The notes under the pieces are model-generated. The model made no database searches. It was not told the origin of the DNA and worked only from the letters and a program-made list of their open reading frames with translations. A DNA stretch of 64,000 nt from Mizuhopecten yessoensis (lineage: Eukaryota), in contig NW_018406970.1 in assembly GCF_002113885.1 (NCBI RefSeq), positions 1,796,022-1,860,021 on the forward strand. Direction: 5' to 3'. Shown piece after piece: positions 10,801-22,820 of this stretch. How positions within the stretch are numbered: the stretch's first letter is position 1; each line of letters begins with the position of its first letter. Made by a program: the position numbers and the translations under genes.

Positions 10801-13315
10801 GGCTAGTAGGAAAAGTATGGAAGTCGAACTCTCCAAGAGTGAGGTAGTAGAGAAAATGAGTTCTGCAGAGTGTAGTTTGACAGACATTCCCTCCAGTAGT
10901 TCTGACTGTCAGATGTCAACAACAGAACCTGTAGCGGTTAATCCAGCATCAGAATCGTCGGCCAAAACTCAAATTGAAGGTGAGGCAGAAGTAAAAACTC
11001 CCACTGAAGATGAAATATCTGCTTCAGGAAAACCTGCAAGCGACGATGGCCCTGAAGCGGAGACTTCAGAGACTGAGTTACCTGGTGTAGTACCAGTCAA
11101 TGGTGGCCCTATGGCAGTTGACCCTTCCTCCGAGGCTCAAGTACCTGTTGCCATCCAAACACCTGCAGTGAATGGAGTACCAGAAGCAGTCAGCCTTCCC
11201 ATAGAGAACGGTGCGCCATCTGTTGAGAAGAGTCAGACAGAGTCGGGAATACTGGCCGACCCAGCCGCGGAGAGTCAGGTCGCCGAGGTTACACAGGAGG
11301 AGGTCAAGGAGCCTAGTAAAGATGACGGCTACATCTGTCAGTACTGCGACCGGGAATTCAGTGCGTCTGACCTGCTCGTCATGCATGAGATGCAGCATCT
11401 GATTGGAAACAACTTCAAGGTAAGGCATTCACAACAGTGTTAACATCTAGTCAGAACCTTGCTTAATTGATAATGTAAAGCCAAATTGTTTTACACTTGA
11501 GCAAGAGGGCAAATTAAACATTGTATGTAGATTTTAGAAGTTTTTATTTTGAAAATTCAACTACAAATTAATACTTTTTGAATTAGATGTGCCGACAAGC
11601 CTCGACCCAGATCAGAATATCTGAGTCTGATTAGTGAGCAATTTTTGTCTTAATCAAATTGTACTTGACAAACTCATAACTATATTGGCCATCAGCGCTA
11701 CTCCAAGGGGGATGCTCACATGTGCTCTCATATGCTAATAGCTATGTCACTGTACAACATGCAACTTTAATGTGCATAAAAATAAATATGTATGTCAGCT
11801 GCCAAATAGAAATCCTTTAGTATATAATAAATGCTCAAATCAATTTCAAATATTTTCAAAATGTTATACAAGATTTTAACTCGGTGTGTGATGCTTATTG
11901 TGTTATGTTAATTTGATGCTGACTTTAAAACTCTGATATATTTGGTATATTTCAGGACTACATGGTGGAAGGTCATGTGAGTATAACATGTCATGTGTAT
12001 TAATCACACATTAGGTAGCAGTATACAGTAGAGTATGTTGGCAATCTTTAATACTTCTTCATATGGCCAAATAAAATTAATTACTTGGTTCTCAGGCCAA
12101 TTTTTTTCAAAAGAGATGCGACAGGGCGGTATATTTTTTTTTCATTTTACATAGCAAAAACGAGACGAGGGCGATTTGTTTTCATTGTGTAGTTTGTAAA
12201 ATGTTCATTGTGGGCATTACCTTGTCTTTTTATAGTTGTGTAGAGACCCGTCATAGAGCAAGCCACCGTAAATCCCCCCACGATGTTCCAGACGAGAATC
12301 ACGAACCCCCCATTCCTTATTTGTACCGAAATGAGCGCCATTTGTACACAAGACTAATAAGTCATAATCATTTTAACGCTTGCCTGTATATCAATCATTA
12401 TCTTTATTCAAACGTTTTCGGGACTTGGGTGACTAACGAGTAAAAACGATATGCAGACCAATTTTCCGAATATTTTTAAAGACGCCGGCTGGCGCATTCA
12501 CAATTTTGTTTTTATTACTTTCACGATAAAATCGGCAATGCGGTGCCCTAAAAAAAATGTGCGCGGGCCTGAGAACCAAGTTATCAATTTTTGTTGGCCT
12601 AAACTATTCTAGTGGAATGAGTACATCCACTAAGGGACATAATGAGTATACATATTACCCATACCCTGATTGCCTTTAGTATTAGTGTTAACTGGCGAAA
12701 TGTCTCAATATTTTCGGACAGCTGACTTTACTGACTCAGCACACTGTGGCTTAGCGAGTTGTTTTCAGCGGTTTAGAGTCAAGACATAACGGACAATTGC
12801 GCACTTAACTTGACAAAGTAAACAGAGGTTTTCGAAAGCTCACAATACAAGTTTTCAATTACTGTTTGTGTTTAAAACAAACTGCATTAATTTCATGATT
12901 TCACATGTCTAGATAACATCAAAAACAATCTTGTTTTAATCGAAATGTTTCTGATGTACCGTATTATGTAATCTCGGAGTAGCATTCTTCTCTTAGACTT
13001 TTTATCGTAGAATTTTACAAAGTCAGTTCTTTTATTTAGTTTCAGACCAAGACTGAAAATTCAGAAGCAATGACAAATGGTGACAGCGAAAATGTTGAGG
13101 AAAAGGGCAGGATTGAAGAAGAAACGATAAAGGATGTTGTGGTCCAAAATGGAGAAGAAAAGTGTTCTCAAAACGGAGAAACGCCTGTAACGCCCGTACA
13201 AAATGGAGTGAAGGATAAAGTGACTGAGACACCAAAAGAAAGTGAGGGGTCTGGACTGGGTGAGGGAACAGACAACCATCTCATAGAGGAAAAACCGATG
13301 GAAACTGACCAGTAG
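4868..13315 (+). CDS. Large multi-C2H2 zinc-finger protein (~33 fingers, ~2282 aa; REST/SPR-4-like transcriptional regulator); exons 4868-11419, 11956-11976, 13040-13315
   Basis: 2191-aa ORF with ~33 CxxC...HxxxH fingers and an acceptor TTTTCAG just before the ATG (exon starts 4860). Donor AAG|GTAAGG at 11420 (phase 0), 21-nt exon DYMVEGH (CAG|...|GTGAGT), and a last exon in frame with the MTNGDSE...ETDQ* ORF. PLDLS CtBP motif at 6389-6403. Confidence 0.9.
12065..12599. mobile_element. MITE with GGCC-terminal TIRs (PIF/Harbinger-like) in zinc-finger gene intron
   Basis: GGCCAAATAAAATTAATTACTTGGTTCTCAGGCC and its inverted counterpart GGCCTGAGAACCAAGTTATCAATTTTTGTTGGCC; related copies at ~15724-16016 and ~20349-20800. 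Confidence 0.6.
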
Positions 13316-13714
13316 TATTCTTATACACTGTAGTGTAAATTTGCAACAGTATTTATTTCAAACTGTTCATATTTTCTGTCTTCACGCCAATGAGACGGAT
13401 GTGAGTGTAAATATAGTACTGGAAGCCAAGTCTTGATGCTTTGCTAGATTCATGCACCAAACACATTCAGGAATAAGGGAAACCATTGCCTTCATGTTAT
13501 AAGCTTGTGCAGTGCCAATATTTTTGACAGTTTTAGCAAAATTGTGGTGCGACGCCTGTTACAATCCCGTGCTGTGAAAGTTCTCCAAACATTGAGTCTG
13601 TGGAACAGCCAACAGAGGGAACAAATCAACAGCAAGTTATGAATGCTTATTTTCAGTGATACCTCTTCAAAAGAGGATTTTAATATATGGAAAAAAATCA
13701 TAGCTTTAATGCAA

Positions 13715-13930
13715 TACTGTAGACAGGGAAATTTTCACTGCAGTTCAATTTTTGCAGGTTTTCGCCCGCTGTAATGAGGGCGAATTCGTCGTTACAGCGA
13801 ACATTTGTAAACAACATATTTAATATACATAGTAATTAAATGTGAAGGGCAAATTTAACATTCGGCAAAAATCGATTTTACTGTCAAGGTGGAAAATTCT
13901 ACTTGGCGAAAAATTTCTCGGTGTTCAGTA
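13715..13930. mobile_element. Tc1/mariner-type MITE (TA-flanked CTGTA...CAG termini)
   Basis: TACTGTAGACAGGGAAATTTTC ... GAAAAATTTCTCGGTGTTCAGTA; similar elements at ~40657-40869 and ~47862-48087. Confidence 0.5.
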
Positions 13931-14401
13931 TCACTTCTCACTTGTGTTGTGATAAATATTTGTGAGATGAACAAATGCTGAGGAAATTACGCGAAAAACT
14001 AAATATCTCGCGAAACCAGTGATTTACCGCCTTGGAAATAAAGAGCTTGAGCCGATGCAAATTGTGACCTGCTGTGTGGACACAGCCGTCTGTGACATTC
14101 TTGTAGTTCGTATTATTTACATGTACACTCCTCGAAGGAACTTCAATACCTGAAGTGATAGAGTTATCAACTGGCTGATGTCAAGCTCTTTGTTGACCTG
14201 AAATGCTTGAAGCATTATCAGGTTTTTCTCCCGTCAGGATGTATGAATTAAAGACTGTACAAAGCTGGACTAACATCTGTTAATTGATTGCTTGGTCTGT
14301 GAGACTGTGATGTGTGGTTGGGGATGCATGGGTTATGGTGCCTGTTTTACGATGCATGGTCTAGTCTGTTAATATGTGATTTGAATGGTGCAGTGCGTTA
14401 T

Positions 14402-14703
14402 ATTCTGTTGTTAAAAGATAAAATCTGACATGTCAAAAAATGTACAGTAATTTTACAAGGAAGCTTCAGACATGTGTTATCTTCTGTTATTGAAGACAAA
14501 ATCTGACATGTTTAAAAATGTACAGTAGTTTTACAAGGAAGCTTCAGACATGTGTTATCTTCTGTTATTAAAGACAAAATCTGACATGGTCAAAAATGTA
14601 CAGTAGTTTTACAAGGAAGCTTCAGACATGTGTTATCTTCTGTTATTAAAGACAAAATCTGACATGTTTAAAAATGTACCGCAAGTAATATAAGGAAGCT
14701 TCG
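14402..14703. repeat. 78-bp tandem minisatellite (~4 copies), probably in the zinc-finger gene 3' UTR
   Basis: Unit TTCTGTTATTAAAGACAAAATCTGACATGTTTAAAAATGTACAGTAGTTTTACAAGGAAGCTTCAGACATGTGTTATC. Confidence 0.9.
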
Positions 14704-16329
14704 GAAATTGACCGCTGACCGGTTCAGGTCAAAACTAGTGATCTAAAGTGTGTGTTGGATACAATGTAATTTGGGGCCTTATCATTATACAGTTCATGTT
14801 GTTGCTTATACAACTCAGTATCTTATACATTTTTTTAGAAAAAAACTTCAGAAACACTAATTACACAGGAGGTATTATTAAACAATCCTATTTTATTGAT
14901 TTGGGTGGTGCAAATGACTTGTCCAGGCTATTAATGTAGAACGGATTATTTACGTGGGCTTAATTTTTTTTTTGCAATTTTGTCCAAAATTAGAAAGTTA
15001 AACTCACATGTTATCTGTGAATATCTGTGACTTGCAAAAAAAACAGTGATTTTATATTTAGTATTTATGAGAGTTATGATAATTTGCCCTTTTTTTCAAT
15101 CAGTGCAAAAAATAACTTTGGAATATTATAATTGTTAAAATACAGTATACAGTTACAAGTTTTCATAAAATATATTTGTATACAGTACTGTAGAACTACA
15201 TATTTCAGACAATTTTGAATCATAAATAGCTGAAGTGAAACTCGAGAGGCCATGCTTACAATTGAAAACTTCATTTTGATTTAATTTCAAACGTTAATTC
15301 AAATTTAATTTAAAAAGTTTAGTTAGATTTTATTTCAAAAGTTTATGTAGATTGAATTTCAAAAGTTTATGTAGATTGAATTTTAAAAGTTCATTTTGAT
15401 TTTATTTCAAAAGTTCATTTAGATTTACCCTGGTAATTTTTAGTTAAAAATAATTGATAAAAGTGAGCGTTACAGGATAAGGTGACTTCATCCTCTGGAT
15501 GTCTTGATTGTAACAAAGTCAGGATATTGATTTACATCAGGTGTATTTATTTCCTAGTTGTAATTATCACCATAGTATTATTTATAGGCTAAGCCTCTCA
15601 TGGCGTAGTACCTGCAATCTCGTAAACATAGTGTTGTATAACAGCATAAATAATACATATAGTGACTTTGATATTATAGTACAGTTGCCTGCCATATTAA
15701 CTTGACAATGAGGCTATTAAATGAGGCCAAGCAGAATTGAATGTGTGGTCTCAGGATCAGGGGAAATTGGAGCAAGGTTTCCTGGCATGGGTATTTAACA
15801 ATTAAGAGGTTTTAGTTAAACTTGGACATATATATGGTTTAGAGGAAATACGGATTCGGAACAGACGAATGGTTTTAGTTTTGACTCGATTTGTAAAGGT
15901 AATCCTGATTTTTACAAATGCTCTGTAAAATAATCTACAATGAGTAGGGTAGGGTAGGGTAGACATCTATGTAGGGTAGCTAGAGGTTACCGGAAACAGT
16001 TATTTTTTTTAAGGCCTTTACTACCTAACAATGAATTTATCACATATACAGTGTTAAAAATTCTTAAGAACCAAGTGTGTAAATGTGAAAGACGTTTGAT
16101 TTTTGATATGTGGCGGGTGATAACACTCATTGTTTCAATACGATGATGTCACAAAGTTACAGCACAGACAACTAAGGTGGTGTTTTCCTCAGAAATTTTA
16201 TGACTAATTATTTACTAGATATGTAACTTTGCCGACCATAGTCAAGCAAATTATAAAAGCAATGAATCTTAAAAATTGTTTCCAAATCCATCTGACTTAT
16301 TAAATATATTGAATCATTTTGGTATGTAT

Positions 16330-16512
16330 AATAAAGGCGAAGTTTGTTTTGAACACAAACAGGAATTGAAAACTTATTTTGCGAGCTTTCGAAAACGTCT
16401 GTTTCCTTTAATTTGTCAAGCAATGAGTGTAAATGCAAACAGACGTTTTCGAAAGCTCGCAAAATATGTTTTTAATTCCTGTTTGTGTTCAAAACAAACT
16501 TAGCCTTTATAT
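16330..16512. mobile_element. Palindromic (foldback) MITE
   Basis: AAAGGCGAAGTTTGTTTTGAACACAAACAGGAATT...AATTCCTGTTTGTGTTCAAAACAAACTTAGCCTTT long inverted repeat; a partial related copy lies at ~12810-12900. Confidence 0.65.
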
Positions 16513-16577
16513 TAAATCATGTTTCTTAAAATGATTGAAACAAGTTTGAGATTTTGTATGTGTCATAGAACTTTATA

Positions 16578-16668
16578 TTAACCCTTTCACCCCTATGTAA
16601 CTTTAGTTGATTCTACCATGCATTGATCTGGATGAGTCCATTATGGTCTACAGTGGTGAAAGGGTTAA
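16578..16668. mobile_element. ~90-bp piggyBac-like MITE (TTAA-CCCTTT...AAAGGG-TTAA)
   Basis: TTAA flanks and TIR CCCTTTCACC; second copy at 20909-21000. Confidence 0.75.
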
Positions 16669-17247
16669 GAATACCCGCACCACTGCCAAACAATGAAACT
16701 ACATTCGGAACTTATTTTCTGGCATTACTGTAGCTTTGATAAAACAATTTTGAACAGAAAAATATACCTTGCAGGTCTTTTATGAAAACGTTATGGAGAT
16801 GAAATAATAAAAATATAATCAACAGGCGTGTTCTGAGTGTAAAATATTTTGCAGGGCCAGACCGCGATTCAAACCCTTGACAAAAGAACTGTACGAGCCC
16901 AAATGGGCTACAGTTATGTCCAAACAGAAGTTAAAGGGAGGTAACTGTATATAGAGGGCAGTGCAGTGGGTCAGGAATCCTTAAGTGAAATGGGTTGTTC
17001 GTTGCCAAATTGTACTAGACATAACTTGGTATCTGATCACATTGTTGTACAATGGTATATAGTAAATTATTGATGTGAATGTGATAATGTGTGGTTTTAA
17101 GGTTGGAGTGTGTAACAGAAAAAATGTATGTTAGGATGTGTATTATATTTTTGTCACTGAAAAAATCTGCTCTCGAAAGCATTAAACACGTCATGTATCT
17201 GAGTGGTGTAAATATTGTGGACTCAGACTTACCATATAGCTTTATAT

Positions 17248-17338
17248 TTAACTCATTCACCCCTGAAATTTCACACTGAACTATTCCAACCTTTGAATTG
17301 GAAGAGTTCAAATGTGTCTTCAGGGGTGAATGAGTTAA
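17248..17338. mobile_element. ~90-bp TTAA-flanked MITE (family 2)
   Basis: TTAACTCATTCACCCCTGAA...TTCAGGGGTGAATGAGTTAA; further copies at 18483-18573, ~19125-19216 (inverted) and 49265-49355. Confidence 0.8.
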
Positions 17339-18482
17339 TGAAAGTATGTGGTCCAATGAATTCCGCATATGATATTGAAAGAGCATTTTTATGAAAATGG
17401 AAAACAGACATGTCCTCCCGACGTCAAAGTCTCGAGTCAACAGAAGAAAATTGATACCGGCTCAGTTTCAAAATGGAAAAAAAATAGAATAATGTTATTT
17501 TACTTACAGTATACGCATGTACCAAGCTCTTTTTACTCGAATTATTGTTGCATTTCCTTTATCTAGGAGAAATAAGACAATACCAATGAAGTTACTATAA
17601 TTTATTTACTTTTTGCTATACCTAAGTGTAGGAGATGCCAAATTTTACCAGCAGTGTACTGTCTGAAGAAGGTGGAGAGAAAAAAGGCACACTTATTGAA
17701 TTTTCATCAAATTAATATTTATTATTCAGCAAAGTTTTTTTTCCATCTTTATAGGATCCTGGTTTGTAGATTTCTTTGAGCAGTATAGCTTGCTTAGTAG
17801 TGAGCAGAGCTTATCAACAGAAAAAATAAGTGAAAACTAGTGTACTAGTTTACTTTTTGACTGTTATCAAATGCTTAATGTGAATATATGTTTGAAATTT
17901 TGATAATTTTGGTTTTGACATTATTTGATACTTATGAAATTTTGTTTGACTGTAATGACTGCAAGTACAGTTAATTTTCAAATGATGAAGTCACAAAGAC
18001 TGTTTCTTTGGTGTGCATTGGCAGTGTGAAATTGTAATGTCGCATCAGTTTTTTGATGAAAAACAAGTTCAGTTGTTTGTGATATCGGATCGAGTCTCCT
18101 TAATTACGCATGAAAATTGTAAAACAATTATCATAGTTCTTATAAATGTGAAACAAGAAAATAAGGCAGAAAAAGTCATGTAGTGTTGTTGTTATACACA
18201 GTGACCTACGTACATTGATTGTGCACTTACCTGCATTTTAATTTTGTCCTCACCCGCTTTTATATTTTGAAAACATCATGATCTGAAAAAATATTAGAGT
18301 TTATATTCTGTAATCTGGTTCAATTAATTTTCGTAAACATTTTATTTATTTTTTTAAGTTAACTTGCTTTAATTTTCATGTAATGAGATGTTGAATGAAG
18401 TAATAAAAAATGACTTTCAAGAATATCTACATGTAGATCAATTGGGAAAATATTTTAATTTGTAAAAGACTTTTTTTGTGGA

Positions 18483-18573
18483 TTAACTCATTCACCCCTG
18501 AAATTTCATAATTGACTATTCCAACCTTTGAATTGGAAGAGTTCACATGTGTCTTCAGGGGTGAATGAGTTAA
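18483..18573. mobile_element. ~90-bp TTAA-flanked MITE (family 2)
   Basis: Near-identical to 17248-17338. Confidence 0.8.
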
Positions 18574-19974
18574 GGAACACAGATTCTGATGCTTACTGTT
18601 TCTTTTGATGTTATCAGTAAGTTTAATAAATTTCATAAATTAACTAAGTTTTGTCATACGACAAGATTGCTTGGAACATGATCATTTTGGGTGTTTCCCC
18701 GATTTTTACTGCTGTTTCTTTTCCTGGAGAAATTAAGCATGTTGTTGAAAAAAAAAAAAACTTTTAGTTTAGAATCATGTGATCATCAAGATTTATATTC
18801 ATTAACACAATATTGTATAACATTAAATTTAAAAGTATCAACACAAAAACATCATTAGAAGTAGCGTAGTGGATAAGCTCCCAATGTAGTCTGGGGTTTT
18901 CCTTTTGGTTTAGTAAATAGATAATCAACTCAAAGTCTGTAAAAATTGCAAATAAATTGGAACTCTCTTTTCCTTGAAGGTTAAGTATTTGGACTCTACC
19001 TTGACCAAAAAAAAAAAAAAAACTGAGAAAGAAAGGATCATAAGTTGTTTCAAGTTTTAATGCAGTTAGGACAGGCGAAGTTTACAAAACAAAGTATTGA
19101 AAAATATCATGATTTACAGAAAAATTTAAACTCATTCAACTCTAAAGACACATTTGAACTCTTCCAATTCAAAGGTTGGAATAGTTCATTATGAAATTTC
19201 AGGGGTTAATAAGTAAATAAGATAAAATTTATGACAATCTTCTTGGAATTATATCAGTACAAGAAATTCCAGTTATCACAAATTAATGTACTATAACTGT
19301 CTGCCAAAGATTAAAATAACATTCTTCTTTCTTTTATATTTTTAATACAGCTTTTCCTACATAGCTAACTCTATTGCAGGCCATTGTAATGCAGCGAGTA
19401 TAGATCTCCACAATTTTTATCTGTTAGTCGTTTGTGCCTTCATTTATTGTTGGTTATCTCCCTTGCATCATTGAAACCACAGACTCGGGTGTGGTAAATT
19501 TTTAACAGCAAAAAAGAGAAAATCATTCTCATTTCCGCGGTATTCAAATTAAATCTATGCATGTTTGATGTGAATCTGTTACCCAGTCAACTGTGATAAT
19601 GAAAAGTAAATGCAATAAAAAGCGTATTTTATGAAGCTTCACTTTTGTTGAACTGTGATTGGAGGTTGCCAGTCGGACAATTGTTTTTCAGCAAAAAACT
19701 GCATACAATGAAAATGAACTTCATTTCTAAACATACACGAATGATTTTCTGTTACATAGTTCTGAACATGAAACCTTTATTTAGCGGTAACCAAATAGCT
19801 GCAAATAGATATTTATATGAACTTTGAAACATTACTTCAAAAGCACACTTCTTAGCATCATTTATGGTACTAACTCTATACAGTTAAAAATAGAATCACA
19901 GTTTATTTTACTTCATTTAAAAATTAACCTTATTTATTTACAACAATTATGAAACAAGTTTTTACAACTTATAT

Positions 19975-20162
19975 TAATCACTCTTGTTGGCCCGGATGTT
20001 AGCGCGCGGGGGATCTAACTGTGGTAGGGAACCGGAGTACCCAGAGAAAACCCACTTGGTCAGGCAAGTGACCCCATTCCTTTTCACGTCCGATAAGGGA
20101 ATCGAACCTCGGTCGCCTTGGTGAAAGGCAAGAGCGCTGTCCACTGCGCGACCCGACCACCC
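19975..20162 (-). mobile_element. tRNA-derived SINE (V-domain-like)
   Basis: - strand tRNA-like head with B box GGTTCGATTCCC, followed by GGGTTTTCTCTGGGTACTCCGGTTCC; homologous copies at 35328-35515, 50545-50724 and 52297-52482. Confidence 0.75.
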
Positions 20163-20805
20163 ATTTAGAAGTCAGCTGATTTTTTTTCTCTATTTTAAGA
20201 TGAGATATATTGAGATAACATCTTTTTTACAGCGAAATCTTGTCCATGCGTGGACTTTACAGGATTTTATCCACATCGACCCTTTTACACAATAAACAAT
20301 ACTAATGCAGCTCAGCCTTTGTTTTTGTTGTATAACACCTCAGTTTTAGGCCAAACAAAATAAATGTTTCCTGTAACATGTTTTAAACATTAAGGACTTC
20401 CCACCCTTCGTAATACACGTTTTTCTTGTAATTTCGGTAATGCGTATCGGGCATTTCAATGCCGTTGTGTAAATTATAGTAACACCGGGTAAACAATAGT
20501 ACACGCATTGATAGAATGCGTAGATTTTCATAAAATCGCCTCTACACAGTTGCATGACCATTACGTGAAAGTTTCAACGAATTCCGCTGGTTAATTGCGA
20601 AAGGCTGGAGCCTCCTTAAGGGTATTTAGGTAGGTTACAATTTATTTTTTTGAAAATACCTATTTGATATTGTATATGGTTAATAAAGGAGAGTGATCTT
20701 GACATTAAAAGCGTTTCACTGAAAATTGTCGAAAAATTTAAAGGATTGGCGCAAAAACCTTGGGAAAGTAGGGTTACCAGAAACACTTTTTTGTTTGGCC
20801 TTATG

Positions 20806-20877
20806 CATCCTCGATTTCCAGTGGTTACGATCTCTGTAGATAGCGAAAGTGAGCGTAACCCCTGGATATCGAGGATG
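20806..20877. mobile_element. Mutator-like MITE with 9-bp TSD
   Basis: TIR CATCCTCGAT...ATCGAGGATG flanked by the direct repeat GGCCTTATG (20797-20805, 20878-20886). Confidence 0.8.
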
Positions 20878-20908
20878 GGCCTTATGAAGAGGGGAGCTAC
20901 CGATCACC

Positions 20909-21000
20909 TTAAACCCTTTCTCCCCTATGTAACTTTAGTAGACTCTACCATGCATTGATATGGATGAGTCCATTAAAGTCTTCAGTGGTGAAAGGGTTAA
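20909..21000. mobile_element. piggyBac-like MITE
   Basis: Copy of 16578-16668. Confidence 0.75.
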
Positions 21001-21225
21001 AGGCATTTTGTTTGGTTAAGCAAACAATTCAGAATTTTTAAAAATCTGAAACTTTATTTACTTCCTTAAGTTGATGGGCAAAAAGCCTTTTTAGTTTATC
21101 TGGCACGAAACACGTGTGAGGTCGTCTACCTTCATCCTTGCAAGACTAGGGTCGTTTTCATTTAAACGGTTAAACATAAACAAACAATAAACGGTTGAAC
21201 CGGTCGGACCGAAGTTGTTCGTTTA

Positions 21226-22649
21226 TTAGCTCACTGGGTCTGAAGGACCAAGGTGAGCTTATGCCATACCATGGCGTCCTTCGTCCGTCCGTCCGTCAAC
21301 AATTTCTTTAAACAACTTCTTCTTAACCACTGATTGGAATTTAACTAAATTTGACTGGTAGCATCCCTAGGTGGTGGGGATTGAAAATTGTACAAATGGT
21401 GGGGCTGCCCCCCCAGGGGGCTGAGGGGTGGGGCAAAAAGGGGGCAATTTGGCTACATTGCTTTAAGCGGCATCTCCTCTGGAACTAAGACATGGATATC
21501 AACCATATTTGACTGGAAGCGTCCCTAGGTGGTGGGGATTCAAAATTGTACAAATGGTGAGGCAAAATGGGGGCAATTTGGCTATATTGCTTTAAGCGAC
21601 ATCTCCTCTGGAACTAAGAGATGGATATCAACCATATTTGACTAGAAGCATCCCTAGGTGGTGTGGATTCAAAATTGTACATATGGTGGGGCTGAGGGCT
21701 GGGCCAAAAGGGGGCGATTTGGTTATATTGCTATAAACGACTTCTCCTGTAGAACTATGCTGAGGATATCAATCATATTTAATCAAAAGCATTCATGGGA
21801 GGCAGGGATTCAAAATTGTACAAATGGTGTGGCTAACCCCCGTGGGGGCTGAGGGGCGGGGCAAAAAGGGGTATTTAGCTATATTGCTTTAAGCAACTTC
21901 TTCTCTGGAACTAAGAGATAGATATCAACCATATTTGACTGAAGAATCCCTAGGTGGTATATTGCTTTAAGCAACTAAATGGTGGGGCTGACCCCCCAGG
22001 GGGCTGAGGGCTGGGCCAAAAGGGGGCAATTTGGCTATATTGCCATAAACGACTTCTTTCGTAGAACTATACCATGGATATTGATCATATTTGGTTGGAA
22101 GCATTCATGGGAGGCAGGGATTCAAAATGGTACAAATGGGGGGGCTGACCCCCCGGGCTACGGGGTGGGGCCAAAAAAAAATGTATTACTTGGAAATGGT
22201 TGAGATCCCCACCATATAACCATATATACAATTGCTGAGTATAAAGAGAGGAATGCACATTTGCTTCCAGGATGGCTCTAGGGTCTGGCCCCACCCTTGG
22301 AGACTTAACCCCAATGGGTCATAACTTTGAAACAGTTAAGATCCCCACCCCAAAACTATACATACAATTGTTGGGCATAAAGAGACGAATGCAGTCATGA
22401 TATTAGAATTGATCCTGGGGTCTGGCCACAACCCTAGGGACATAGTTTCTGAGTCACAGCTTGGAAACAGTTGAGATCCCCACCCCATAACCATACATAA
22501 AATTGCTGGGCATAAAAAATCAAATTCAGATATGCTACAAGGATTGGCCTTGGGGTCTGGCATATTCCCTTGGATCACATTTGGAGAATATTTTGTCATG
22601 ATTGCTTGGATATCCAGGTGAGCGATACAGGCCCTCTGGGCCTCTTGTT
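21226..22649 (+). mobile_element. HINE/Helentron-type non-autonomous element with internal tandem repeats
   Basis: 5' TTAGCTCAC..GTGAGCT hairpin, (GTCC)n, ~130-160-bp internal repeats, then 3' CAGGTGAGCG, GGCCCTCTGGGCC palindrome and TCTTGTT. Confidence 0.8.
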
Positions 22650-22820
22650 AAATAATGTCAGTATTCTGATACTGCTTTCAGGGGAGCCTTGACAAAGCCT
22701 TGCAAGGCGTGCAGATATATTTGCAGGTACACCAGGATTTATACCCTAAACACATTACATTTAAAAACGGACAAACCGGTTGTTCGGCATAAATTAACAG
22801 GCCCAAGCTGAAGAATTTTT

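Noticed and set aside
5052-11428. Many overlapping and antisense ORFs inside the zinc-finger exon
   Set aside because: Shadow ORFs of a GC-richer coding exon with no recognisable motifs; likewise for those inside the CYP and the 59180-61597 exon
11420-11443. C-terminus VRHSQQC* of the 2191-aa ORF
   Set aside because: Strong donor AAG|GTAAGG at 11420 and in-frame downstream exons indicate this is intron read-through
14402-14703. Common origin with the 1378-3545 satellite because both have 78-bp units
   Set aside because: No evident sequence similarity between the units; the equal period looks coincidental
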